A DNA stretch of 27,092 nucleotides from Azolla caroliniana (Eukaryota; Plantae; Polypodiophyta): the NCBI GenBank assembly GCA_043228905.1, contig JBHGNT010000415.1:1-27092 (forward strand). The letters are read 5' to 3'. Made by a program: the position numbers and the translations under genes. Positions 12,014 through 22,576 of the stretch are shown here, one piece after another (within the stretch, counting starts at the first letter, position 1; the number at the start of each line of letters is the position of its first letter). Below the pieces are notes generated by a model that saw nothing but the letters and a program-made list of their open reading frames with translations, had not been told where the DNA came from and made no database searches.

Positions 12014-12912
12014 CAATCTGAAGATCGACTTGTTAAAGATTCATGTGGTCCTGAATCTTTTAATCTCACCATCGAGACTTCAAAAAATCTTATAGCAACA
12101 TTAAGACCATATATTCGAGGCCGCATAACTCTGAGGGATGTGTGGCCATCTCTAATGAAGGCCCCACAAAAGGTCTCAAAGATGCAGTTGAGACCGGCGA
12201 AGAAAAAGGTCTCAAAGATGTCAGAGTCTAAATCATCAAGTTCAACGGATGGTAAGGAAACTCGGGCCACACCAGGTGTTGAGCTAGCGAAACAAGATTC
12301 GAAGAGAGATAATGCAAAAGAAATTGGTGAGAAAAGGTCAAGTCTTCAATTTGCCTATAACACACATCCATAGGCAAGCAATAAATGTTAATACAGGATG
12401 AAGACCACTTGAGATTAGAGAGCCACATGCCACAATTGTACCATTTTTCGTAATGGTGGATCGTGACGAATGTGCTTCAATTGAGTTTTTTGATGTGAGA
12501 AAGCATGACTAATATAATTACTTTGTAATTGGTGGGTCACATTCTACTGAAGCACGGCGGGAACTTGTAAGAGAACACCCAACCACTTTTTTCTTCAAGT
12601 ATGCCGAGTGTAAAATATATGTGGGCCTCACAACTGAAGAGGCAAAACTCTTGGCTTGGGACCACAACAATGACGACTACCATAAAAAAATGGCGTCCAT
12701 CGAGCGGATAAGGTTCTTCCACCATGAGTACTTGGATGTCAAACAACGGTGAAGAAAATCGACCTCACAATTGAAGAAGTGGTCGACAACATGAAGTTGT
12801 CTCTGTGGAGAGCAATGGAAGGCATAAAGGATAAGCAGCTATTGGTGTCAGTATTGTCAAGGGTTGTGGCCAAATAATTGAGCCTAGAGGAGATGGTCAT
12901 TGAGTTCAAGAA
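12014..12912 (+). pseudogene. Decayed gene for a ParB/sulfiredoxin-fold-like protein
   Basis: Frame from 12312: MQKKLVRKGQVFNLPITHIHR...RPLEIREPHATIVPFFVMVD...YNYFVIGGSHSTEARRELVREHPTTFFFKYAECKIYVGLTTEEAKLLAWDHNNDDYHKKMASIERIRFFHHEY. Stops at 12399 and 12510. After a frameshift a helical segment ends at donor AA|GTAAGT (12913). Confidence 0.6.
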
Positions 12913-13142
12913 GTAAGTATTGTCAAATAGTTAAATGTAATAGTTATAATTTATATAAAGTTCTAATCTCTATTCACAGCCACATGGCCATCACGAGTTT
13001 CAACGTAGCCCATGTGGTAGTGTGATTTAGGTCAAACATGTAAGAAACAGATAGCACTATTTGCCGCAAAAATGTAGACGTTTATTGTATTTTTCTAAAG
13101 ACGGATACCAATACCCTATTCATTCTATGTACCATCATTTCT

Positions 13143-13216
13143 TGTGCAAACCCGGACTTGAACCAGAGACCTCTGGTGTGTTAGAGTAGCGTGATAACCA
13201 ACTACACTATCTGCAA
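13143..13216 (-). pseudogene. tRNA-Val(AAC)-like copy 1
   Basis: Revcomp TTGCAGATAGTGTAGTTGGTTATCACGCTACTCTAACACACCAGAGGTCTCTGGTTCAAGTCCGGGTTTGCACA. A/B boxes retained; two anticodon-stem mismatches. Confidence 0.85.
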
Positions 13217-13335
13217 ATATTGAGAATAACTAGCTTGGATCGATGAATAAAAGACTAATCTCAATGGAAAATCCATATGGTAATTCGAAAAGAATAAGTT
13301 AAAACATTATTGTTGTTGTAGTCAACAAGATTATG

Positions 13336-13409
13336 TGTCCAAATGCGGACTTGAACCTGAGACCTCTAGTTTGTGAGATTAGCATGATAAACAACTACAC
13401 CATCTGGAC
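13336..13409 (-). pseudogene. tRNA-Val(CAC)-like copy 2
   Basis: Intact acceptor GTCCAGA/TTTGGAC, loop CTCACAA, mutations in D-loop and T-stem. Confidence 0.85.
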
Positions 13410-13654
13410 CGATTTGCCATTACTAATTTAATAGTTTGACATGTATTTGTTAATTAGACCGAGCGATTGGCATGTAACACTGACATTGCCATAACGACAA
13501 TGTAAATTTTGCATGTGGTAGTAAGATTTACCTTATATGTGCAGGACTTGCAGTTCATTTAACATAATACTTTACTATATCGACATCATTACAATCAGGC
13601 AACCATCCAAAGAACAATAGTTATAATTTTAGTCAATCTAAATAACACTTCTCT

Positions 13655-13728
13655 TGTCCAAATATAGACTGTAACCGGAAACCTCTAATGTGTTAGAGTA
13701 ACATGAAAATCAACTACACCATCTAAAC
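13655..13728 (-). pseudogene. tRNA-Val(AAC)-like copy 3
   Basis: 74-nt collinear match, loop CTAACAC, B box degraded. Confidence 0.75.
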
Positions 13729-13849
13729 ATATCAACGATGACTATTTATCTTTGTTAATTAATCTTTGTGCAATAACGATTGAAGAATACAGTGTTCTTA
13801 GAGGAATTTCAAGCTATCATTTCTTCGTAAAAGAATAGTTCAAAATATA

Positions 13850-13923
13850 CAAATCAACCCGGACTCAAACTGAAGACCTCTAGTGTGGAAATCTAGCGTT
13901 ATAACCATCTACACTATGTAGAA
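13850..13923 (-). pseudogene. Highly degenerate tRNA-Val-like copy 4 (loop TTTCCAC)
   Basis: cccggactcaaac...gacctctagtgtg...ataaccatctacac is collinear with the consensus; acceptor stem lost. Confidence 0.7.
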
Positions 13924-14213
13924 GAAATTGTAAATATCGCTCAATTTCATGCATTCTGATGAATGTGATACTCTCACTGAAACGATGTCACAACTACATG
14001 GCCATCATAAGTTTCAATGCATCCCATGTAGTTGTGGCATTTAGGTGAAACAAGTCTCTAGAAAGAAACAACAGTAATTGACACAAGAAATCAACATGTA
14101 GATTTTCTTGGCTTAAGGTACATGCATGAGTTGCACTTAGTTTTACTAGATATATTCCAATTCTATAAAGATAGATACCAATTCTTCTAATCATTCTATG
14201 TAACCTTTTTTGT

Positions 14214-14287
14214 TCTCCAAACCCGTACTCGACTCGAAGACCTCTAGTGTGTAAGACTAACGTGATAGACAACTACATTATCTGGAC
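14214..14287 (-). pseudogene. tRNA-Val(TAC)-like copy 5
   Basis: 74-nt match, anticodon arm TTAGT CTTACAC ACTAG. Confidence 0.8.
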
Positions 14288-14523
14288 CTAATTGTCAAAA
14301 CCGATGTCAAAACTACATGGCTATTACGAGTTTCAATGTATCCCATGTGGTAGTGGCATTTAGCTCAAACAAGTCTCTTGAGAGAAACATATAGTTGTAA
14401 TTGACACAAGAAATGAACACGTCGATTTTCTTGGCTTAATCTACATGCATGAGATCCATTTAGTTCCACTAAATATATTTATATATACTAATTCTTCTAC
14501 TCATTGTATGTAACATTTTTAGT

Positions 14524-14570
14524 TTTTCAAACATGGAGTGAAACCGAAGACCTCTAGTGTGTAAGACTAG
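14524..14570 (-). pseudogene. Truncated tRNA-Val(TAC)-like copy 6 (3' half)
   Basis: gaagacctctagtgtgtaagactag, then an abrupt junction into spacer homologous to ~13030. Confidence 0.75.
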
Positions 14571-14689
14571 AGTCAAACATGTCAGAAACAGATAGCACTA
14601 TTTGACGCAATCATGTAGACGTTGATTTTCTTGCTTATATTGTATTTTTCTAAAAACAAATACCAACTATTCTATGTATCATCTTTTCT

Positions 14690-14763
14690 TGTCCAAACCC
14701 AGACTTGAACTATAGACCTCTACGGTGTTAGACTAGCGTGATAACCAACTACACTATCTGGAA
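14690..14763 (-). pseudogene. tRNA-Val(AAC)-like copy 7
   Basis: Paralog of copy 1 with the same flanks; loop CTAACAC. Confidence 0.85.
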
Positions 14764-14882
14764 ATATTGAGAATAACTAGCTTGGATCTATGAATAAAAG
14801 ACGGACCTCAATGGAAATTGCATATGCCAATTGAAAAAGAGTAAGTTAAAACATTATTGTTGTTATAATCGACAAGATTATG

Positions 14883-14956
14883 TGTTCAAACCCGGACTCG
14901 AACCGGAGACCTCTAGTTTGTGAGACTAGTGTGATAACCAACGACACCATCTGGAC
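14883..14956 (-). tRNA. Best-preserved tRNA-Val(CAC) copy 8 (near-intact, possibly pseudogene)
   Basis: Revcomp GTCCAGATGGTGTCGTTGGTTATCACACTAGTCTCACAAACTAGAGGTCTCCGGTTCGAGTCCGGGTTTGAACA. Full anticodon and T stems and canonical B box GGTTCGAGTCC. A14->C change and one acceptor mismatch. Confidence 0.8.
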
Positions 14957-15004
14957 TGATTTGCCATTACTAATTTAATAGTTTGACATGTATTTGTTAA
15001 TTAG

Positions 15005-15396
15005 TGTAAAGAATCGGATATGATTCTTGTGAAGCGGAAGAGATGTGAGTTATGTGTGTGTATGGGAGAGAGAGAGAGTGAGAGAGAGAGACAAGGAGTA
15101 AGACACACAGAATACGCAATGTAAAAGTATATTAACAAAGGAGAAAGACTCAACAAATACAAGGTGGGAGGAGGGTGCTTTATATAGTCACCCTCTCTCT
15201 TCATTAATTACAAGACTCATGGAGCATGGGGAATGTGAAAGCTCATAAGTTATGTGTCATAGAATATGATTCTATGACTCATACTAAATGCTAGAATACA
15301 AAGAGGTGACATAATGGTGACTCTTGACCGTTGGAGTGTCTATTCACTCTCAAGGTGAGTTCACATACTAGACCAAGTTGAGCTTGATTCTCAACA
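15005..15396 (-). repeat. Copia 3' LTR
   Basis: Direct repeat of 24069-24457, adjacent to the PPT. Confidence 0.95.
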
Positions 15397-15599
15397 CGCC
15401 TCCTCAGGCTCAAGTTGGGTCGATTTCAGACGGTATCCGAAATCCGCTTCAACTCGCGTTGCGGAGTTGCGGAATCCGTGCTCCAGCTTGCGTTGTGCGT
15501 AGTTGCGAAGTCTGTGCTTCGGCTTGCGTCTTTTGGTGTTGCGCGGTTGCGTAATCCACGCGTTATTGCGTAATGTGTGTGGTTTGCGGAATCCACGCG

Positions 15600-18500
15600 T
15601 TATTGCGTAATGTCTTTAGTACTCCCCCTCAAGCTTGGCAGGTCAGGGATCATCAATCCGAGATCGGTCATGAATTGCCATAGCTTGTCGGCTCCCAAGG
15701 CTTTAGTGAAGATGTCGTCCGTTTGAAGATTGGTGCTAATGTGTTGTAGGTCGACATCGCTAGCTAGAACTCGCTCTCGGATGAAGTCATAGTGCACTTT
15801 GATGTGCTTTGTCCGCGCGTGGAACACCGGGTTCCGAGCCAAATAGATACTGCTTATGTTGTCGTAGTAAAGGGAAGTCAGATCCTTGATGGGTACGCCC
15901 AGATCCTTGAGTATCCTTTTGAGCCATACAGCTGCACATGCGGCCACTGCCGCACCCCTATATTCTGCCTCTGTGCTCGAAAGAGCGACGGTTGGTTGCT
16001 TTTTGCTGCTCCAGGATATTACTGCGCTGCCGAGGGAGAAAACAAATCCGGAGGTTGATCTTGTACCGGCTTTGTAGCTGGCCCAATCGACGTCTGTGTA
16101 CCCCTCGAGTCGTATTGGCATCGCGGTCTTGTAGAGGATGTCGTAATCCATTGTGCCGCTCACGTATCGTAGAACTCGCTTAGCGCAATCCAAGTGAGTA
16201 TCACACGGTGTTTGCATGAATTGGCTAAGGAGATCGACCAGATAACTTAGATCGGGTTCGAGTGATCGTGAGGTAGATGAGTCTCCTAATGAGTTGCCGA
16301 TACTGAGTCGGTTCACATGCTTTGGTGCCGGAGTTCGCATCGAGTTTGAGATTGCGATCGAGCGGGGTTGCCACGGATTTGCACTCAGCCATACCGAACT
16401 AGTATAACAAGTTGAGGATGTAGTGTCGTTGAGAAATCATGATTCCGGCCGGAGTCCGAATTACCTCGATGCCGAGGAAGTAGTCGAGCTCCTTCATGTC
16501 CGTCATCTCGAACTTGTCGAAAAGGAGGGATTTGACCTTATTGATTTCGACGAGATGCTCCTCTCCAATGACTAGGTCATCCACATATAAGATTATGACG
16601 ATCGGACTTGCGAACTCGCTTTGTATGTAGAGGTCGTTGTCCGATTTTGACATACGGAAGCCGATTTGATGAAGATATTGCGTTATCTTCGAATGCCAAG
16701 CATGCGATGCTTGCTTGAGGCCGTAGAGTGGCTTCTTGAGTCGTCATACAACTTTCGGATGGGTGCTCGAGTTGCAGCCGGGTGGTTGTATCATGTACAC
16801 CTCCTCTTCTAATTCGCCTTGTAGGAAGGCGTTCTTGACGTCCATTTGATGGAGGTGCCACCCTTTCGCCGCAGCAACCGCGATTACAGTCCGCACCGTT
16901 GTCATCTTTGCTACCGGGGCAAAGGTCTCCTTGTAGTCAACTCCGTGCGTTTGGGCGTAGCCTTTTGCTACGAGTCGCGCTTTGTAGCGGTTGACGGAAC
17001 CGTCGGCGTTTTACTTCACTTTGTAAATCCATCTGCATCTGATCGCCTTTTTGTGTGGTGAGGTGGGAACGAGATCCCACGTCTCGTTCTTGCGTAGTGC
17101 TTGCATCTCCTCGTTCATGGATTCGATCCATCGCGGATCCTTGGCTACTTCGGAAAAGGTTTCCGGCTCCCGTACTGTTGCTACCTTCATCATAAAGGCG
17201 TAATGGTACGCCATATAATCGTTGTAGCCGAATCGGCTTACGGGGTTCTTTTCATGAGTGGATCGGTGGAGCTTTTCATTTGCAGAGATAAGGGCTTTCT
17301 TAGCTCCAATTGGTACATCGAAGCCACCGAACTCACTGTCAAGTGAGTGAGTCGACTCATCGTCGTCGAAGTGATCGTTTGCGTATCCCACCATTTTCGC
17401 CTTGCCTTTGTCCATCTTCGGGCTAGGCCGTGATGTGCTTTGATCGCTCAAAGGCTCTTGTGGTCCGCTTAGTCGGGTCGTGATCGGACTTTCTTCGAAC
17501 ATGCGCGTAAGGCGATCTTCATCCTCTATCTATTGTTCGGCGGATTCTGGGACGAGCGAAGTCAGAGTCGAAGTTGTCTCTGGTGCGTACCAGGATGCGG
17601 ACTCGTCAAAAACGACATCTTGACTTACTCGAGATTTTCGAGTTGAGGGGTTGTAGCACTTGTACCCCTTTTGCTCCAATGAGTATCCTACGAGGATACA
17701 TTTCTCCGACTTCGGATCAAGCTTTTGACGCTTCTCGTCGGGGATGTCCACGTACGTTATTGCGCCGAATATCCGGGTGTGCGATAAGTCTGGCTTCTTT
17801 TCGAAGTATTTTTCATGCGGAGTGACCTCGTGCACACCGAATGTAGTGCACCGATTCATTAGGTAGAGGGCTGTATTTGAAGCTTTGGCGCCAATATGAC
17901 TTCGGCATATGCTTCTCGTTCATCATGGGCCGCGCTACTTCGAGGATGTGCTGATTTTTATGCTCAGCTACTCTGTTTTGTTGCGGAGTGTGTTGGCAAG
18001 TGAATTCTCGCCGAATTGCTTCCTTTCGGAGATACGCCGTGAAATCGTCCGAGAAGTACTCCTTGACGCTATCCGATCGAAGACAATGTACATGTCGGCC
18101 CGTGGCTTTCTTGACTTCATTCTTGAATTTTTGGAAGTGTCCGAACACTTCGCTCTTTTGCCGCATCGGGTAGATCCAAGTGTGCTTGGAGAAGTCGTCG
18201 ATGAAGAGCACGTAATATCGGCATCCGCCGAATGTAGCCGTCTGCGCCGGTCCCCATATGTCGGAATGGACTACGTCGAGTAGACCTTTCCTCACGTTCC
18301 GCTCATTCGGGAATGGGTGTCGGTGTTGCTTGCCGATATTGGCACGCTTCGCATACACCTTCAATCTCCTTCTCTTTGAATGTTGGGAGTCCGATGACGA
18401 CTCCTTTCGGTTTCATTGCTTTGAGTTTGTTGGGATTGATGTGGCCGATTTGCTTGTGCCACAGCTCTATGTCGGAGTCAGCTTTCATGCCCTTTGCGAA

Positions 18501-18617
18501 CATGGCCGATTTCATCTCGTGTGAGTCGAGAATGAACATTCAGCCCTCTCTTCGTCCGCGTGCGATGAGTCGGCCCTCTTTTTCGATGAAGCAACCACCT
18601 TGATTAAATCGAACTTG
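15600..18617 (-). pseudogene. Copia pol: GAG-pre-integrase, integrase, RT, RNase H (stops and frameshifts)
   Basis: LWHKQIGH; VHSDIWGP...FIDDFS...TPQQNRVAE; KLDPKSEKCILVGY; ETWDLV; ILYVDDL; SWSSKKQPTVALSSTEAEY; HARTKHI. Confidence 0.95.
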
Positions 18618-18622
18618 CATTT

Positions 18623-21600
18623 TAATAGGGGGTTTAAGACAAAGGATAATCTTACACTATATGAGGGCTTGACCAAACCGGTTAGATGGAGTTGTGACTC
18701 ATAATATATTATATAGATCAAGAGAGATTCAAGAAATTAAGAAAGGAAGATAGAGAAGATGACAAAGAGATAATATTGTTATGATATTCCAACATCAAGA
18801 CAATACAAAGGAGATAAACTCCACATTCAACTAAGAAACCAAAGACCTTCTTACTACCAATCACTCAAAAACCACAATTAAGACCCTTCCTCTTTCACTA
18901 AGATTTCTCTTTCTAAGACTCCCTCTCCTCTATTAGGATCCTCTCACTATTTGTCCCTTTTTTTATTAGTCCTTGCACTTCTTCTTTTATAATTTTCTTC
19001 TTCCTCCTCGTTCACGCGATTTTTAGAAGCTTTTTATCTCCTATTTTTAGCTAAGACCCAACGACCTTCTAATCGTCATATCTCCCTCGTCATAGCTCCA
19101 AATTTAGTGATTTAAATCTATAGATAGCTCTCTTTACAAGCTTTCTAACCCATATTTAAACATAATATTTGGGTCACACACGAAGGAGTTATGACCATTC
19201 CTTTTTTATTGTTTTTTATGGTCCGCTTTTTCTCTTTTTACTTTTCTCTTGGTCTCGTACTTTTACTTTTGACTTCTTCCTAAAGTCTTGTTTCGTGTTC
19301 TTAGCCTCCAAATGTGAGTTATCCATACTTTATAGTCTTCTAATGTTCAATGGCTTATATTCTAAAAACACTTTCACATTTAGCCCTTCCCCTTGCTAGA
19401 GGCTAAGCCATTTATGGCGAAGCACTTAATGGTAGTACCTAACAAACGAAAGCTCTCTCGCCAATCTCTTGGCTATAGAGAAAATGAGAGAGATATAATA
19501 AAAAAGAAAATAAAAAGATGTGAGTAAAACCCCCGCTAATCGGTAGGAAAAACCTCACACTTCTAAACACACACGCACGCACACACACATTGACAATTGC
19601 CATCACCATCTTTCTCCTTGTCAACACAAAGAGAGAGGTTAATACAATTATTATGTCTTTGTCAACTCTCCATACACAAGTAGGGCGATGGGATACATAA
19701 CTCTTGATAGAAGTAAGCATGTCAACATATGAATGAATCTTTCGAGTGAGCGAACCTTTTGCACAAATACCTTCAAAGCTTCGAGACTTGTTAGAATGAT
19801 TATGTTTTGAAGTGCGTTGATCTTTGAATCATCCGCATCTTCTTGGCACAACACATTGTCCACACTACCTCGCTTTTTATAAATGACCATTTTATCTACA
19901 ATCTCATCTCGGAAAGGAAGTGAAATTTGATCTCGTTTCAAATTGATCTCATTCTTCTTTGGAACCAAAACTATAGGTGACACACACTTAAAATCTTCCA
20001 TCTTATAATTGGAACTTTCTTGTAACCATGCGTTGAACTCTTGCATAAATTCTTTCGTTTGTTCAACACTCAATTGCCGAAGCTTTGGGGAAATTGATAC
20101 ACTTTCCTTCAAGTTGATGTGGTATTTGTTGCAAGCTTCTCCTCTTATCCCAAAACACTTGATGAACACATCCCTCCACTAAGCTTGTGCAATGCACCAC
20201 TCCACTATCTACTACAACCACCCTTGCTGAAGATGACCTACTAATAGGAATTCCCACTTTGTTTACTACAAATTCAGAAATCAAGCTTACCCTAGCACCA
20301 CTATCAACCAAGGTATCTTTAAAGTTAAACCCTTTGATGGAGACCGGAATGGTTGGATGTATGTCCTTTCGATCTTCTACTCGCACGATCCCCACATAAT
20401 GCACGGTCTTCCTACTTTGGCTGATACTTGCAAGCCGCCCCCACTCCTTTCGTAATGTGGGAGATAATTGGAGAAGTTGCGGCCATGTTATCCTTGGTCC
20501 ACTTGATATCAACTCATGCTTCAAATTGAAAGCCTCTACACCTTCACCCATAGGAACGTCCTCCATCTTGATCTTCCTTCTAAAGTGTCTCGTTCTCAAT
20601 TTCTCCTCTTTCTCATCCTCCTTAGACTTCTTCTTTTCTCTCGAGGCACTAGATTCTCCATCAAATTATTTCTCCTTTTGCGAGGTTCTTGCCCTTTTCA
20701 CAAGAGCTACTTCACAAGCACTATCACTATCATCAATAAAATTAAGAAGATTCACATTATGAGGAATTGTAGGAACTTGAGCCATAGGAAGTGTTATGGA
20801 TTCGCCTCCTTCGACTCCATTGTTGATAGCTCATTGTCCGTTCCATTGCACTTGATACATGCCTCTTCCCATACCTCTTTGTTGTCAATGAGGAAATCTT
20901 GTTGAGATGTGTCCCTCCTCTTGAAGGGAATAACAAATTACACCTTGATGCCCTCTAGAGCCACCACCATCGAGAATAGTGTTGTGAATTTCTTGGGATT
21001 GTCGCAAGTGGGCCATCACTTCATCAAAGTGTCGATTCACCAATGCCATTGTATCTTGTTCACTCTTCACTTGTTCCACTTCTTGAGATCTACTTGTTGG
21101 GTGTGTTGTTGTTGTGGTATACATATTTGGAAACAATTGTCCACTATGCACAATTGAAGATGAGGCTTGAAAGTTGGCACGAGGCATCAAATTTGCACCC
21201 AAAGCCATCATTTGGAGGTACCCCATGGAACTCATTATCTTCACTTGTCGATCATAACCTTGACAAACTTGGAGAAGATCTTGAAAAGTAGTTGGATCCT
21301 TCAATCTTGCCTCCAAACGGAAATGCATGTCAAGGCCCATCTCGAATCGTTCCATCTTAAACCAATCATCTTCGATGCCACCACAAAGACGAATCCACAT
21401 CGTCCACAAATCCTTGAAATTTCTTTAATATTATATGAAACCAAAAGGTGATTCCATCTTTAGTCGAAAAAGCTCCTCTCTTACTTCCGTTTCACTTCAC
21501 AATGGAATGTAACTAGAACGAAACTGGTGTACCAACAATTGATATTCTCCTTGTTCATTTGGTGGAAGAGAGTCATACCAATCTCGAACTCGACCATAGA

Positions 21601-22571
21601 ATGTAGCTACCAACAAGGGAAACTTTTCACTGTCGGTGACGCATCCAATAGAGATGGCATGATGCTCAAAGGATGCCAAAAAGGCACCAGCATCTTGTGT
21701 TCTTTCACCTGAAAACGCGAATTGCATAGCGAAGTTAATGTAGTATAGTAACACAAAGAAAGGATAAGTTCTCCCTCCTATACGGAAAGTATCGGCCCTC
21801 CCTGGAGTGCCAAAATGATAGGGGGTTTAAGCCAAAGGATAATCTTACACTATATGAGGGCTTGAACAAACCGGTTAGATGGAGTTATAACTCATAATAT
21901 ATTATATAGATCAAGAGAGACTCAAGAAATTAAGAAATTAAGATAGAGAAGATGAGAAAGAGATAATATTGTTATTATATTCCAACATCAAGACAATACA
22001 AAGGAGATAAACTCCACATTCAACTAAGAAACCAAAGACCTTCTTACTACCAATCACTCAAAAACCACAATTAAGACCCTTCCTCTTTCACTAAGATTTC
22101 TCTTCCTAAGACTCCCTCTCCTCTATTAGGATCCTCTCCCTATTAGTCCCTTTTTTAATTAGTCCCTCCACTTCTTCTTTTATAATTTTCTTCTTCTTCC
22201 TCGTTCACACTATTTTTAGAAGCTTTTTATCTCCTATTTTTAGCTAAGACCCAGCGACCTTTTAACCGTCATATCTCCCTCATCATAGCTCCAAATTTAG
22301 TGATTTAAATCTATAGATAGCTCTCTTTACAAGCTTTCTAACCCATATTTAAACATAATATTTGGGTCACACACGAAGGAGTTATAACCATTCCTTTTTT
22401 ACTGTTTTTTATGGTCCGCTTTTTCTCTTTTTACTTTTCTCTTGGTCTCGTACTTTTACTTTTGACTTCTTCCTAAGGTCTTGGTTCGTGTTCTTAGCCT
22501 CCAAATGTGAGTTATCCATACTTTATAGTCTTCTAATGTTCAATGGCTTAGATTCTAAAAACACTTTCACA
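18623..22571 (-). mobile_element. Nested non-autonomous Ty3/gypsy-type LTR element (gag, protease, RT remnant; no RH/INT)
   Basis: 756-bp LTRs at 18623-19378 and 21816-22571. TSD CATTT/CATCC (18618-18622, 22572-22576); removing the insert restores copia VEQGMQVRFN. PBS-like TGGCACTCCAGGGAGGG at 21796-21812; PPT AAGGGGAAGGG at ~19384-19394. Confidence 0.93.
19651..21754 (-). pseudogene. Gypsy gag, aspartic protease and deleted RT
   Basis: FSGERTQDAGAFLASFE...RDWYDSLP (gag); CYSLQEEGHISTRFP (decayed knuckle); LVDSGARVSLIS (protease); VSPIVLVPKKN and LPFRDEIVDKM (RT N-terminal motifs). Confidence 0.85.
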
Positions 22572-22576
22572 CATCC

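Noticed and set aside
13060-13142. Possible C/D snoRNA downstream of tRNA (dicistron)
   Set aside because: The box-C-like ATGATGG is not conserved in the paralogous copy and no box D was found.
13850-13923. Apparent Val-to-Gly (TCC) anticodon switch
   Set aside because: The copy has lost its acceptor stem and has several loop changes, consistent with neutral decay.
13143-14956. Repeat-spacer array resembling CRISPR
   Set aside because: The repeats are 74-nt tRNA cloverleaf derivatives and the spacers are mutually homologous.
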